This document shows positions 22,601 through 31,921 of a stretch of 55,079 nt of DNA, in pieces (within the stretch, counting starts at the first letter, position 1; each line of letters opens with the position of its first letter). The notes under the pieces were generated by a model. It was not told the DNA's origin, did no database searches, and saw nothing but the letters and a program-made list of their open reading frames with translations. Source of the stretch: Histomonas meleagridis 2922-C6/04-290x (lineage: Eukaryota; Protista; Parabasalia). Made by a program: the position numbers and the translations under genes. The stretch is from positions 1 through 55,079 of the forward strand of contig JAANOX010000072.1 of the NCBI GenBank assembly GCA_020184695.1, given 5' to 3'.

Positions 22601-23216
22601 CTAATATTAATGAAATTGGACCAAGGGAATTATGAACATATTTGACGCTGGATGACATGTATGCCCATGGACGAAGCATTTGTGGAAGACGCTTAGCTGC
22701 CATAAAGTCAGATTGTAATCGTGATAAGAAGAAACTATAGATATGCTTAGAATGAGAACCAATGGCTGAAAGGAATAAAGAGAAATGATGTTCAACAAAG
22801 TTAGTGAATTTTCCAAAGTTGGTTGAGAAAATGTTTGACGCTTGTTGCATTAATGTTTGACAAATGTCATCATCGGCAACTTCTTCTTTTTCGTTGATCT
22901 CTCTTGAGTTCACACAGCTAGCGGCCAGTGCATAATAGATGCATAAACGGTTTAAAGGAGCGAAATCTAATTGTTTGAAGTTCAAATCTTTTAAGATATC
23001 ATTGGTGACTTTAAAGAACATTTCGATAATTACCTTGATATGTGTTTCACTAAAGCGATGAAGAAGTACGATTTCTTTCCGATAATACTTTTGAACAAAT
23101 TTTGTTGGTGGGAGTTGTTTTGTTTGAACAGCGACAACAACACTCACGTGGTTTTGCGTTATGACTTGATCAACTCTTTTAAGGATGTTTTCAAGGAACT
23201 TTTCGGCTGCAATCAT
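16602..23216 (-). CDS. Neurofibromin/Ira-like RasGAP, 2204 aa
   Basis: Arg-finger TLFRGN, FLFLRFLLPA and YEVNP, followed by Sec14-PH-like and HEAT-like segments (e.g. LNLAFINL...VLRSAVDLL). Confidence 0.85.
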   Translation of the reverse strand: MIAAEKFLENILKRVDQVITQNHVSVVVAVQTKQLPPTKFVQKYYRKEIVLLHRFSETHIKVIIEMFFKVTNDILKDLNFKQLDFAPLNRLCIYYALAASCVNSREINEKEEVADDDICQTLMQQASNIFSTNFGKFTNFVEHHFSLFLSAIGSHSKHIYSFFLSRLQSDFMAAKRLPQMLRPWAYMSSSVKYVHNSLGPISLILADTPKQCMEPFCEMMLSTVLMSLKQDVDSFISFLDEKSYIESARNIVNIITPWGDKHFSFVWPIQIILEMLDPSKLSSFNYDDQKSFHGRLTRVAKLKSAKKDAAVASLYSAFRALALSNCHPILADFMSHFYPSFLQYYLGSKRDFKNPDQLKMAYVDFPICVLMLHTDDFNSKILPIISNEKKPDYWQYFAKLVRRVCKQSQSKISNLDFLDALIDPVMSIFKRAEKNQTAAQCIVHIMSGFQYSPYFFRMVLAKQPENIDLIINRIKADESLTPQYALLNLFDPKDIEIADFSGNIEIITKLLQFLTETYQKITLYKTNTFADSIPNVILQIAEFLHLYFQSNNNNIEPDIISYLESSAIMFLASSQKELRLYGVSIISSILEIVHNIESIDFPIDSYQKLLFEARRTPILTTAHNSIKNGLREIPKATKGISKSFETLFPYFLALTKAINPNIELIKQPENVLQPKDYDLQEEWVGTTSIMLSITFNEIQDIISQIRILLNDDGDLGACVVSAIPTAINIKHFNFIIQNANEWLSLLHDENNYFEVNSKNMNFIANLMKMLRGLTDQKQWKPNNINEEHFSNIMSTIVSYCDLIPGETLRLSCVQCLISMITLLNTHKKKIQSVIRHQTGKTLLGWIPTTKDTENLSKQYISKIHQALSLLLDDLNLLDCIDPNDPNTPEEQATEQFMLYFASIKNRLDSTETDESDMIPVLASLLKQNLSIGIEHCISMGFAENDNVRAVFIAALAAVFKVPDVKVVENEKTSDTLIDTIFTGDWSFVEYVCSCIPYSRAEAFGAAMVESAMLRGIEYEYLEKMISVEVETCDEASKNTLFRGNAVPARAVGHFPRLVGTQWMTQTLRPVFEKVITNCDKGIRYEVNPAKIGDGNLEQNQENFRNLLNEFIQVILAAREKMPPSLVIESKLIYKKVSEKYGDFAIQILSGFLFLRFLLPAFNVPKLVGLPEMLPAIPRAALLSISTVLMAATLRGRLNEKGQFYIPFNDVAQYANDSFREMFLQIVETEVNEQPKEDEVLKTLNEETEINVLHAELYSVLPQLTNGITEMEEDNPVRVQTESLIAKIHSMGEPTNKKQNKKQTILEEESSASGSNQGQKQLEQLLTMEFTEDQIQEIHDFIIHDKNNAPDGSSIYYVYFEKLKNIKDIRIVPYIYIKTIHDDPNNSIIMVNILNDFDESKIPTPNEISIFAKMNPMKKVKHHICIQTSTSFINWLSNTPQVLANDQNNRFIFVKQLSDYTDILGAPSKILSSKALESLTRPDSVHKAIINGQNGHVRIHQHSIQIENEEVTIKQFKLLPLRVILAKEIQSYSKPIPTSPENIDFTLSTSDMVYLITVNKTSTLLDNIGQLYKRDMTLNNLNNSSMVKIDTSTLQWLMLNLAFINLMNDNVKPIVLRSAVDLLYVTYNSFQFNRKLNVSKVSLNALPSNLVSYAQSLSEDLALNNPDQFNDFMNEYFKALQYIDKLKSKTFIYLSSWIPLYAKSIDKYPNFTDKIIDTFLELSNDSFAFTKSIWPGIIANKHATEIYMWKIYKIRKASLIGIITGFASLNSSIVSEFWSKIIFEEAFKKYDENDLLFICKILTVLLSHHLFDMEFIPYLIYNLAQARIHYSNTILTKCALAYTNTIHLIICKSGISKVSVDYVKLTKKFSCVLDQNKDNLLQTKWIESTQIIANVLGQELSTLDKKELHEKTFEMFYNDLQCENITQRAQSIIFSAAFLNDNKVNKFITQLTSMSNANDPFLTNAICIALSLINIPKEYTSKLFIFGVVLSLTFLTPTAVQLIASSLINYSKYDDVNNITNSLPKEALDYLSECTSLPFNEDLIYSALIICATHCNKNIINLAKALEDSNINNPIAKVFKLLITDKYLNDDSIYDFGPKNASVNAALFLILRETHTEQLIQYLIRRIDEDPEGFQSFRIFNSGRLSQNTLNVSDPKFLFKVVRASMYVSEKYQLEPILLPFYNKGMEMVQLNNEQFDYLSSVIFN

Positions 23217-23726
23217 GTTTCTTTTAATACGTTTTCAATACTTTACATATTACATGTATTGTTTTTAGCCACATCACAAATTTCAATACAGTTGACTTCA
23301 ATTTCCTGTGAAAAACTTCCTGGAATTGAGAATGATTATTTATCGCGTAGATAATTATGGGAAATTAGGTAAGAGAGCTTAGGAATGAAATTATTACCAA
23401 AAATATGATATGATATATTAACATATGAATGAATGTTGTATGGCTATTGTAAAAATTGAAAATATTTTTTGAAATTGAAAATGTATTTGATGAAAAAAAA
23501 ATATAATTTTTATTATTTAATTAATATTCCGAATAAAAAAAAATCTTAAATTTAATAGCAATATTAATATAAGAGAATTTATTTAACGGGAAAATGCGTT
23601 CCAAAAAAAAAAAAAAAACCCGAAAATTTAAACGGAGGCAACGGAACTTTTGTGTTTAAAATAATCGTAATTACGGTTATGTCAATGGGTGGATGTTTAT
23701 CACTTCACTTTTCATCAAAAATCCAA

Positions 23727-24638
23727 TTAAATATTATTTTTGCCTTTAATTAGCTTCTTGAACACCGATACCTTAATTCTATTCTGTGTGCCATATCCTA
23801 AAAATATATATGGTTGTGGACTCATATCATAAGGTATCGAAAACCGAAATGCGTTTCTTTGAGTTTCATCGATATCATCTGTCAAATCGGAAGTGTACTT
23901 CGACTGTGGCATTGTATAAAAATGATAAGTTGCTTGTGAAAGTCCTGTTAACAATTTTAATGCTGAATTTCGTTTGTTTGTATCGAGTGACGTCAAAACA
24001 ATATCAGCGTCACTAAAAAATGGAACATTAAAAACAGCCATTAAAGAATGAATACTACAACGGTATAAAAAATCACGAGCTGTGTCTATGAATTTGTGTC
24101 CAATTGACTGAACATCAACAGCACCAATTGATACTAAATCTGCTGTTTGTTGAAGCCATGTCCATGGTTGTGTGCACGTGATAGTAGCATTTGGAATTGA
24201 TGGTAATTGATTTATAATGGTATGTTTCCCTGTTTTAGCAACACCTGTGAGAACAAAGGAAAGTGGTCGATCTGATGATTGAGTTTTTGATATGATAAAA
24301 TCTGTAAGTGGTGTCACATCGTGAACAGCTGAAATTGCAATTGTTGGTGCAATTGTTTTCATAGCTTTAAGCCATGAAATTGCAATTTCCCTTGGAACAA
24401 GATCAATTTTATTTAGTACAAAAATATGTTTGGAAATGTCTGACTCTTCAAATTGTGTGTAACGACAAGAAAATGGATTACGTGCATCAAGAATTACAAT
24501 AAAAAAGTCTGTTGAAGAAAAAGATGATCGAGTAGAAAGGTATGCTTGGCAATCCGGTGCAAAAACATTTTCTTGGGAAGGTAAATGGTTGTGTTTTTTA
24601 TGATTTTTCTTTTTTTCTTTCCTGAAACTCTCAATCAT
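23727..24638 (-). CDS. Degenerate circularly permuted GTPase (YlqF/YawG; nucleostemin/Nug1-like)
   Basis: Basic N-terminus, VILDARNP, G4 VLNKIDLVP preceding a G1-like GVAKTGKH; no DxPG G3. Confidence 0.75.
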   Translation of the reverse strand: MIESFRKEKKKNHKKHNHLPSQENVFAPDCQAYLSTRSSFSSTDFFIVILDARNPFSCRYTQFEESDISKHIFVLNKIDLVPREIAISWLKAMKTIAPTIAISAVHDVTPLTDFIISKTQSSDRPLSFVLTGVAKTGKHTIINQLPSIPNATITCTQPWTWLQQTADLVSIGAVDVQSIGHKFIDTARDFLYRCSIHSLMAVFNVPFFSDADIVLTSLDTNKRNSALKLLTGLSQATYHFYTMPQSKYTSDLTDDIDETQRNAFRFSIPYDMSPQPYIFLGYGTQNRIKVSVFKKLIKGKNNI

Positions 24639-25162
24639 ATTTTATGCCGCCAAAAGTTAGTTGGCTGAGTATGAAATGTAAACTTGTCTAAAAAGTTCCT
24701 ACTTGATAATATTTCATATAACATGTCTATTACATTTTATGAATGGTTTATTTTGAAAGTGACAAAGAATAACTATTATGTTAATTTAATAAAATGAATA
24801 TAAAATTTATTTAATTTTCTTGTTTATTTTAATGATTTTATTGTTGTTCTTTTGTTTCTTTAGGCTCTTCCTTTTCTCCATGTATTTTCTGATTTAATTG
24901 CAGGTTTTTCTTCATTCTTGCTTCCAATAGCTTTAATGCCACGTCTTAAAGATCATTTATTTTAAAATACATCGATTTTACTTCACCAACATTATGCCAT
25001 GTTTCTTTTGTTGTTTTCTTACCTTCGTTATCTACAACTACATCTACTTGCCCAACGATTACTAATTTTTTTTAATTTTTGAATTCTATGTTTTTTCTCC
25101 ATCAAATAATAAAATTTTTTATATAAAAATTAGATAAACATTTATTCAAAACCGCAATTACA

Positions 25163-27202
25163 TCATAAAGAAAAATTCGATCGAAAATCGTTTTCCACAA
25201 TTAAAGGAATTGGTGAATCCTTTGGTGCCTTTACATCGCTTCCAATGTGAATTTCAATAATTCTTGGAATTTCATTCGATCTATTTAACAATTCATCCAA
25301 AACTTTTTGAGATATTGAATTAATTATCCAAAGAATCCTAATTTTAGACAAATTTATCACATTAATCAAATCATTTGCTTGTGAAATCTTTGAGAAGCAA
25401 ACCGACAAACCGATCAGACCGTTTAAATAGCCGATACTTTTTAATAAAACCTTATCGTTAATTTGATTCATGTCGATATATTTCACACCATGAATAACAT
25501 TAAATAATTGTATTAACGGAAAAGCTTTTGCACAATTTCCACCAATAAAAAGAACTTTAACGAATGATTTATAAAAAGGACCATTAAAGGCATCTACTAC
25601 ATGAAACATTTCATTTCCTGAAATATCCAATTCTTCGAATGACATTAAACCACTTCCTAATAAATGTATTAAAGACATTGTTGATTGCTTACGTAAAAAG
25701 CAATTTTTTAATCGTAAATGTTTTATATTACTATTAAATTCCAATAATTCATCGAAAAATATTTTCCCATTTGTATCTCCGATTTCATTATCAGATAACG
25801 AAAGCATTTTTAATGTTTTCGATGAAGCGCAACTACGTAAAAACTCATTATTCCTAAATGTCAATGAATTATATGATAAATCTAATGTTTCAAGTTTCGA
25901 TATTAATGGAATTAATTCATTAATTGATTCATCAGTTAAATTCGAATTTGAGATTGTTAATGATCGTAAATTAATATGTAAAATCGGCTTAAATGTAATT
26001 CCTTGAAGTCTATGATTAGAAAATATTAATGTTTCGATGTCCCGCGACGATTTCTTTAATATGAATTCCATCATTTGTGAAGATAAATCAGGATCTGAAT
26101 GTTGGTGAATAACTTGTGCACTAAAATCACAAAATCGTAAATTCGTATTTTGTAATACTTCAGACATTATTTCACAAGAGGGTTTGTCCCAATGAATGCC
26201 ACGTAATGAAATCGATGTCATTTTCGTGTGCTGGAGATGACAAAGTGGTGAAAAAGATGGAACAAAGAAATTGGCATCAATTGCAATTCCTTTAAGATTA
26301 GTGTTTAAAGAGGATTGGAGTAAGCGTTCAATGGCAGCGCTGCCAATGCCGTTGGATGAGATATCAAAATATTCAAGTGGACCAATTAATTTTTTTTGAA
26401 ATGCATTTATAAAATGTTCACAACCAAGTGGGCCCATTTTGGTTTTGGGCAGGGATAAGATCTGTAGCTTTGAGTTAGGAAGATACTGAGCAATTTCTTG
26501 AAATTGTTCATTTGATAATTTGGTTTCAGTAATTTCAAGCTTAATAAGCGATTCTGGGAGATATTGTTGGATCGGAACTGTAGGAAAAACTGAAATGAGA
26601 ATTAATTCGCGAAGTTGTTGGAAATGAGAAATAATTAATATTTCTTTCGTTCGGATACTTGTGCAATTTTTTATAACAAATTGGGAATGAAGAAACCTAT
26701 TGTCTTTAGATGCAATTGAATTTGCTAGTTGAGAAAGAGAATTTGTTTCCTCCAAATAAGTTATTTTTTGAAAAGGAATTAATAAATAATCTTTGAAACT
26801 AAAATATTCAAAACGATTCATGAGTGGATCAGGACCAAAATATTTTATAATAAAATCTATATCAAGAAGTGACATTGGTATCATTTCAACAATTTCATTT
26901 TGAAATTTTTTTGGTATGGATAAAATTGTGTTTTCTGAAAGACCCTTTAGATTAAGAGATATTAAAGGAATTAGATCAATAATAAAATCATCGAATCCCA
27001 AGAAAAAAACGCAATCAATAATGTTAAAAAATGTTTCTGTTGAAATTTTTGGAAACTCCTTTATCTCATCATACATTTGCATTACCTTAAAAACAAATTG
27101 AACGATAGATGATGGAAAAGGAATCTCAACATCCATCAAGCTGCCAAGAGCCCGAATAACGTCTTCTTCGCAAAAATTGAATGTATCGTCTTTACAACAC
27201 AT
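25163..27202 (-). CDS. RNI-like leucine-rich repeat protein with a Skp1/BTB-like N-terminus
   Basis: LRRs such as LEYFDISSNGIG, LETLDLSYNSL, LKMLSLSDNEIG, FEELDISGN. N-terminal FFNIIDCVFFLG...ISLNLKGLS resembles the Skp1 C-terminal helices. Confidence 0.8.
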   Translation of the reverse strand: MCCKDDTFNFCEEDVIRALGSLMDVEIPFPSSIVQFVFKVMQMYDEIKEFPKISTETFFNIIDCVFFLGFDDFIIDLIPLISLNLKGLSENTILSIPKKFQNEIVEMIPMSLLDIDFIIKYFGPDPLMNRFEYFSFKDYLLIPFQKITYLEETNSLSQLANSIASKDNRFLHSQFVIKNCTSIRTKEILIISHFQQLRELILISVFPTVPIQQYLPESLIKLEITETKLSNEQFQEIAQYLPNSKLQILSLPKTKMGPLGCEHFINAFQKKLIGPLEYFDISSNGIGSAAIERLLQSSLNTNLKGIAIDANFFVPSFSPLCHLQHTKMTSISLRGIHWDKPSCEIMSEVLQNTNLRFCDFSAQVIHQHSDPDLSSQMMEFILKKSSRDIETLIFSNHRLQGITFKPILHINLRSLTISNSNLTDESINELIPLISKLETLDLSYNSLTFRNNEFLRSCASSKTLKMLSLSDNEIGDTNGKIFFDELLEFNSNIKHLRLKNCFLRKQSTMSLIHLLGSGLMSFEELDISGNEMFHVVDAFNGPFYKSFVKVLFIGGNCAKAFPLIQLFNVIHGVKYIDMNQINDKVLLKSIGYLNGLIGLSVCFSKISQANDLINVINLSKIRILWIINSISQKVLDELLNRSNEIPRIIEIHIGSDVKAPKDSPIPLIVENDFRSNFSL

Positions 27203-27462
27203 CTACATGTAGATATCCAATTTTTGGAGAAATTAAGTAATTCATGAAAACTGTTCTAAATTACATGTTTCATTTTAGTGTTTCCCGTTTTCGTGGCAAA
27301 AAAAATTAATTATTTTAAAATTTTGAAGTAATCACATAAATATACATTTATAGTAAACGAAACATTTATTTGTATATTAGTTTTATTATACACAAATTTA
27401 TTATCTGTTACGTCATATTGTGTTATTATTATCACAACATAACTGTGGAAAAAACAAAAATT

Positions 27463-29892
27463 TCAGCTCATGTCGTCATCATCGATTGTTGTCACTATGT
27501 AGTTGCACGCCGACGAACTTTCACCATTTTTGATAACATTTCTTTTGGAGAAGAAATAAATGCAACCAGCTATAGCAAACAAAACCACAGCCACTGCACA
27601 TATTATTATTGTAATTAAACTATTCGACAAGTAAAATTTGTTATTATTTTCGGTGTATATATTTAAATAAGTAATATAATAAATAATTGAATTCGTTTTG
27701 AAATAAGTTTCGATGTAATCAATGAATATTACTTCGTTTTGGTATATAACTGTTGGTATGTTATTATTTACATATGAAAATGTTGGTGAAAACATAGAAA
27801 TTGTACATACGCATGAATAACTTAAAGTAAATGAATTTGTATAACTCATTACATATGAAGGCGAAACATTAAATGAATAATAAATTATTAAATTATTTGT
27901 AAATATAAATTTATTTGATGATGTAAATGTGTTCGATTGTGTAAATTCCATTGTTTGTAATGGTAAACATTCATTTGATGATGTTTTTACTGTTAAATTA
28001 CCAAATGTTTCATTTAAATATTTGTCATATGTTATAACGTAATTAGTTTTAACATTTGCAAATACATTTTCACCAATTTTTGGTTCGATATTTCCGAAAA
28101 AGTAAATACATTTCAAATTTGTACAATTTGCAAATGCTTCATCTTTAATTATTTGGATATTTTCTTTTAATTTTATATTTTCCATTTGATAACAATTACA
28201 AAATGATTTTATACCAATAATTCGTAATGAGTTTGGTAATGAAATATTATTTAATTTATAACATTCACTAAATGCATAATCTGAAATTTCGTAAATATTT
28301 TCATTTAAATAAATAGTTTCCAAATTATAACATAAACCAAATGTACCTTCATCAATAATTGTAACATTTTTAGGTAATATAATGTTATTTAAATTATTAC
28401 AATCATAAAATAAATATTTCCCAATGACTTCAATGTTATCACCGAATTTTACATATGTTAAATTTAAACATTGTAAAAATGTACAATTTCCAATAATTGT
28501 AACTGAATTAGGAATTACAATTTCTTGTAAATTATAACAACTTTGAAATGAGTTATTGCCAATAACACTTAAATTATTACCAAATTTTACTTCTGTTAAA
28601 TTATAACAATTTAAAAATGCTGCAGCACCAATTTGTATTACTGAATTCGGGGTTTGTATAAATTTTAATGATGAACATTCATAAAATGAATAATTTTCAA
28701 GTTTTTGTATCTTGTTACCTAATATAACATTATTTAATGAAGAACAAAAACCAAAACAATTATCACCAATAAATGTAACATTTGGAAGTGAAATATTTAA
28801 TAAACTCCGACATGCATAAAATGAATAACTTCCAATTGTTTGTATCGATTTAAATAAATTAACATATCGTAAACTATAACAATTTTGAAATGAATAATTG
28901 CCAATATTAATTATATTATTTGGTATTTTAATATAAACTAAATTTTGGCAATTAACAAATGTGAAATCTTCAATAGTTTTAATGCTTTTCCCAAATTTAA
29001 ATGTCTTTAAACTAATGCAATTAATAAAAGAATAACTTCCGACAAATGTAATTGAATAAGGAAGTATTAATGTGGTCAATGACACACATGAACTAAAAGA
29101 ATTTTGTCCAATTGTTGTTAATTCGGATTTGGAACTAAATGAAATATTCGAAAGTTTTGTGCATTCTGAAAATGCCGATTGATTAATGACTGTAAGTGAT
29201 TTTGGGAGGTACATTTTAATTATATTTACACAACTGCTAAATGCTGATGAACCAATGACCTTTAAATTACTGTTAAAATGAATGTTACATAATGAATTGC
29301 ATTTAAAAAAGCAGCCTCTACAAATAGTTGTAAGAGAACATGGTAAGTAAATGGTAGAGAGACTTGTACATTGACAAAAAGCATAAGCGGCAAGATATGT
29401 TAAATTATTACTTAATGTGATGTTCTTCAAATTTTGACAAAAAGCAAATGCAAATCTACCTATGGCAGTAACGGTGTTCGGAATAGTGATGTTGGTAAGA
29501 TTACTGCATAATTGAAATGCCATGGAATCAATCACTTTTAAGTTTGACACGATTGATATAAAATCCAAACTTGTACAACACGAAAAGGCAGAAGAATTAA
29601 TGCTTTTGAGTTCTTTACCAATTGTTACTGTTTTTAATGAAGAACAAGAAAAAAAAGAACTATCCCCTATTTCAATAACAGAATCCCCAATCACTGCTGT
29701 AACCAGATTTTTCCATCCAGCAAATGCTTTTTTTCCAATTTTTAGGACTCCATCAGAAATATTTAGATTTTCAATTCCGTCTGATAGATATTCTTTTTCT
29801 TTAATTTCTGTATCGTTAATGATGGTTAGTGTTTTGTTGTCCGTATCAGCAAAATTTCTGTTTCTGATGATATACAGCAACAAAAAGATCAT
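27463..29892 (-). CDS. BspA-like (TpLRR) type I surface protein, 809 aa
   Basis: Hydrophobic N-terminus, about 25 23-aa repeats (IGxxAFxxCxxL), FTxSN stalk, TM segment LITIIICAVAVVLFAIAGCIYFF and acidic tail. Confidence 0.95.
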   Translation of the reverse strand: MIFLLLYIIRNRNFADTDNKTLTIINDTEIKEKEYLSDGIENLNISDGVLKIGKKAFAGWKNLVTAVIGDSVIEIGDSSFFSCSSLKTVTIGKELKSINSSAFSCCTSLDFISIVSNLKVIDSMAFQLCSNLTNITIPNTVTAIGRFAFAFCQNLKNITLSNNLTYLAAYAFCQCTSLSTIYLPCSLTTICRGCFFKCNSLCNIHFNSNLKVIGSSAFSSCVNIIKMYLPKSLTVINQSAFSECTKLSNISFSSKSELTTIGQNSFSSCVSLTTLILPYSITFVGSYSFINCISLKTFKFGKSIKTIEDFTFVNCQNLVYIKIPNNIINIGNYSFQNCYSLRYVNLFKSIQTIGSYSFYACRSLLNISLPNVTFIGDNCFGFCSSLNNVILGNKIQKLENYSFYECSSLKFIQTPNSVIQIGAAAFLNCYNLTEVKFGNNLSVIGNNSFQSCYNLQEIVIPNSVTIIGNCTFLQCLNLTYVKFGDNIEVIGKYLFYDCNNLNNIILPKNVTIIDEGTFGLCYNLETIYLNENIYEISDYAFSECYKLNNISLPNSLRIIGIKSFCNCYQMENIKLKENIQIIKDEAFANCTNLKCIYFFGNIEPKIGENVFANVKTNYVITYDKYLNETFGNLTVKTSSNECLPLQTMEFTQSNTFTSSNKFIFTNNLIIYYSFNVSPSYVMSYTNSFTLSYSCVCTISMFSPTFSYVNNNIPTVIYQNEVIFIDYIETYFKTNSIIYYITYLNIYTENNNKFYLSNSLITIIICAVAVVLFAIAGCIYFFSKRNVIKNGESSSACNYIVTTIDDDDMS

Positions 29893-30636
29893 CTGAGTGT
29901 TGAGCTCTCATTAATTCAATATCATAACCGATATTTTCACGCTTTTGTGATAAAAACGATCATAATTGACTTTCAATATCTTGCTATCTATTAATTATAA
30001 AATGTTTATATCTCATAAAATACTTTGATTTTTAGTTTCTTTTTTGGAAGGTTATACATAATCAATTCATTAACTATTATCCTTCAGTTTTTTTGAATAT
30101 TACGACACAGTTACCCATTTATAAAAGTTGTATTTTGAAATTTCTATTCTGATTGTTGTGTCATTCTTCTTATTTTCTTGCAAGATATGAATTCTTACTC
30201 ATATTTGATGATAAATTCAAATAAACGTTTATTCAAAATTTTGCAATTCAGAAAAAGTGAATGTTTCGGCAAGGTCTCAATGGTTAAAAATTCGCAATTT
30301 ATATGCAACCATAAAACAAAGGTTATATAATTACTCTTAAATAGTTCGATCTATTAACAACCTAATGCAAGAAAATCATTTTAATTTTTTTTTTCATAAT
30401 GTTCGAACTCACCAAGCACTTCATCGGGCGAGGGAAATTTTCAAAAATTGAATAATTACCAGATAAATATTCAAAATTTGAGAGTATTTTTCCTATGAAT
30501 TTGAATGTAGTATGGTTTAACAGTTATTTTATCACACAAAAACCTCCAAAGAACGATACGGTTGTGATCGTCTTTAGCTTGTTTATTTTTTATTATTTTA
30601 TATCACATTTCATAAACGTGACAATTTGACGGGCAA

Positions 30637-31233
30637 ATGTCTGATAATTTGACCTCCATTAAGCTTGTTCTTTTAGGCGATAGTGGCGTAGGCAAAACGT
30701 CCATTGTTTCACAATACGTTTCCGGTAAGTGCTCAGATTCAGTTAAGCCTACCATTGGTGCTGCTTTCGTTACAAAAGAATTAACAATCAGTGGACAGCA
30801 AATCGAATTATTGATTTGGGATACTGCTGGCCAAGAGGTGTACCGTGGTCTTGCACCAATGTACTACCGTAGTGCTCTTATTGCAATTATAGTTTATGAT
30901 GTTACACGTTCACAAAGCTTTGATTCTGTTGCATACTGGATCAAAGAATTAAAGACAAATGTTGATGGAAACATAGTGATTTTAGTATGCGGGAATAAAA
31001 CTGATTTAGATGAGCAAAGAACTGTTGAATCTACTATAGCCCAGAAAAGCGCCGAAGAAAGTGGCGCCCTCTATGCAGAAACTAGTGCTACATCAGGTAC
31101 TGGAGTTGAAAGAATGTTCCAGATCGCTGTTTCAAAATTGTTGGAATCTAGAGCCAAACTTAACGCCCAAGATACAGGTGTTAAGATTGATGAAAAGAAG
31201 AAACCTGAAAAAGGCGATAACACATGCTGCTAA
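30637..31233 (+). CDS. Rab GTPase, Rab5/21/22-like
   Basis: GDSGVGKT, TIGAAF, WDTAGQE, LAPMYYR, NKTD, ETSA and C-terminal CC. Confidence 0.95.
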   Translation: MSDNLTSIKLVLLGDSGVGKTSIVSQYVSGKCSDSVKPTIGAAFVTKELTISGQQIELLIWDTAGQEVYRGLAPMYYRSALIAIIVYDVTRSQSFDSVAYWIKELKTNVDGNIVILVCGNKTDLDEQRTVESTIAQKSAEESGALYAETSATSGTGVERMFQIAVSKLLESRAKLNAQDTGVKIDEKKKPEKGDNTCC

Positions 31234-31322
31234 ACCTAAAATGAATATTTTTTTTTCTTCATGTTGCATTCGGCGGTTATGTAAATGATTTAAATCGAAT
31301 TTAAGCAAACATAGTCAATTGG

Positions 31323-31341
31323 GACGGTTTGGCCAGCCTTT
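31323..31341 (+). promoter_or_regulatory. M3 (GACGGTTT) plus M5 (CCTTT) core promoter of RPS9
   Basis: GACGGTTT at 31323-31330; CCTTT at 31337-31341, 7 nt before the ATG at 31349. Matches the Trichomonas M3/M5 elements. Confidence 0.7.
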
Positions 31342-31348
31342 CCAGCCA

Positions 31349-31921
31349 ATGACAAGCCACAATTTCGGCCGTACTTTCAAGAAGCCAATGCGTCCCTACG
31401 AAAAGGAACGCATTCACCGTGAACTTAAGGTTGTCGGTGAATATGGTCTTAAGAACAAACGTGAACTTTGGAGGGTAAATTACACTCTTGCAAAAATCCG
31501 CAAGGCAGCTCGTAACCTTCTCATGCTTCCAGAAAATGATACAAAACGTATCTTCGAAGGTGCTGCTCTCCTTCGTCGTCTTACACGTCTCGGTGTTCTT
31601 GATGAAACAAAGCAAAAGCTCGATTATGTACTTTCACTTACACCAAATGATCTTCTTGATCGCCGTCTCCAAACTCAAGTTCATAAAGCAGCTCTTGCTA
31701 AGTCAATCCATCATGCTCGTACACTCATCAACCACCGTCATATTGCAGTTGAAAACCAACTTGTCAATCAACCACAATTCCTCGTTTGGAAGGAATCCGA
31801 ACGTAACATTCGTTATGCTGATAACTCTGTTATGACAACTGAAAAGGCCGGACGTAAGAGGAGAATGAGGGCTAAGGATGCTGCAAAGAAGCAAGGAAAA
31901 GGTGATGATTTCTCTGAATAA
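31349..31921 (+). CDS. RPS9: 40S ribosomal protein S9 (uS4)
   Basis: [52 protein letters not shown]. True ATG is 31349 (the track start is a TTG). Confidence 0.97.
   Translation: MTSHNFGRTFKKPMRPYEKERIHRELKVVGEYGLKNKRELWRVNYTLAKIRKAARNLLMLPENDTKRIFEGAALLRRLTRLGVLDETKQKLDYVLSLTPNDLLDRRLQTQVHKAALAKSIHHARTLINHRHIAVENQLVNQPQFLVWKESERNIRYADNSVMTTEKAGRKRRMRAKDAAKKQGKGDDFSE

Noticed and set aside
24850-25100. Coding-looking fragment LVIVGQVDVVVDNEGKKTTKETW on the minus strand
   Set aside because: About 40 codons bounded by stops; no family recognised.
30541-30580. Imperfect hairpin and an ANAACGATA Myb-like site upstream of the Rab gene
   Set aside because: A single short match; not enough for an RNA gene or a confident site.
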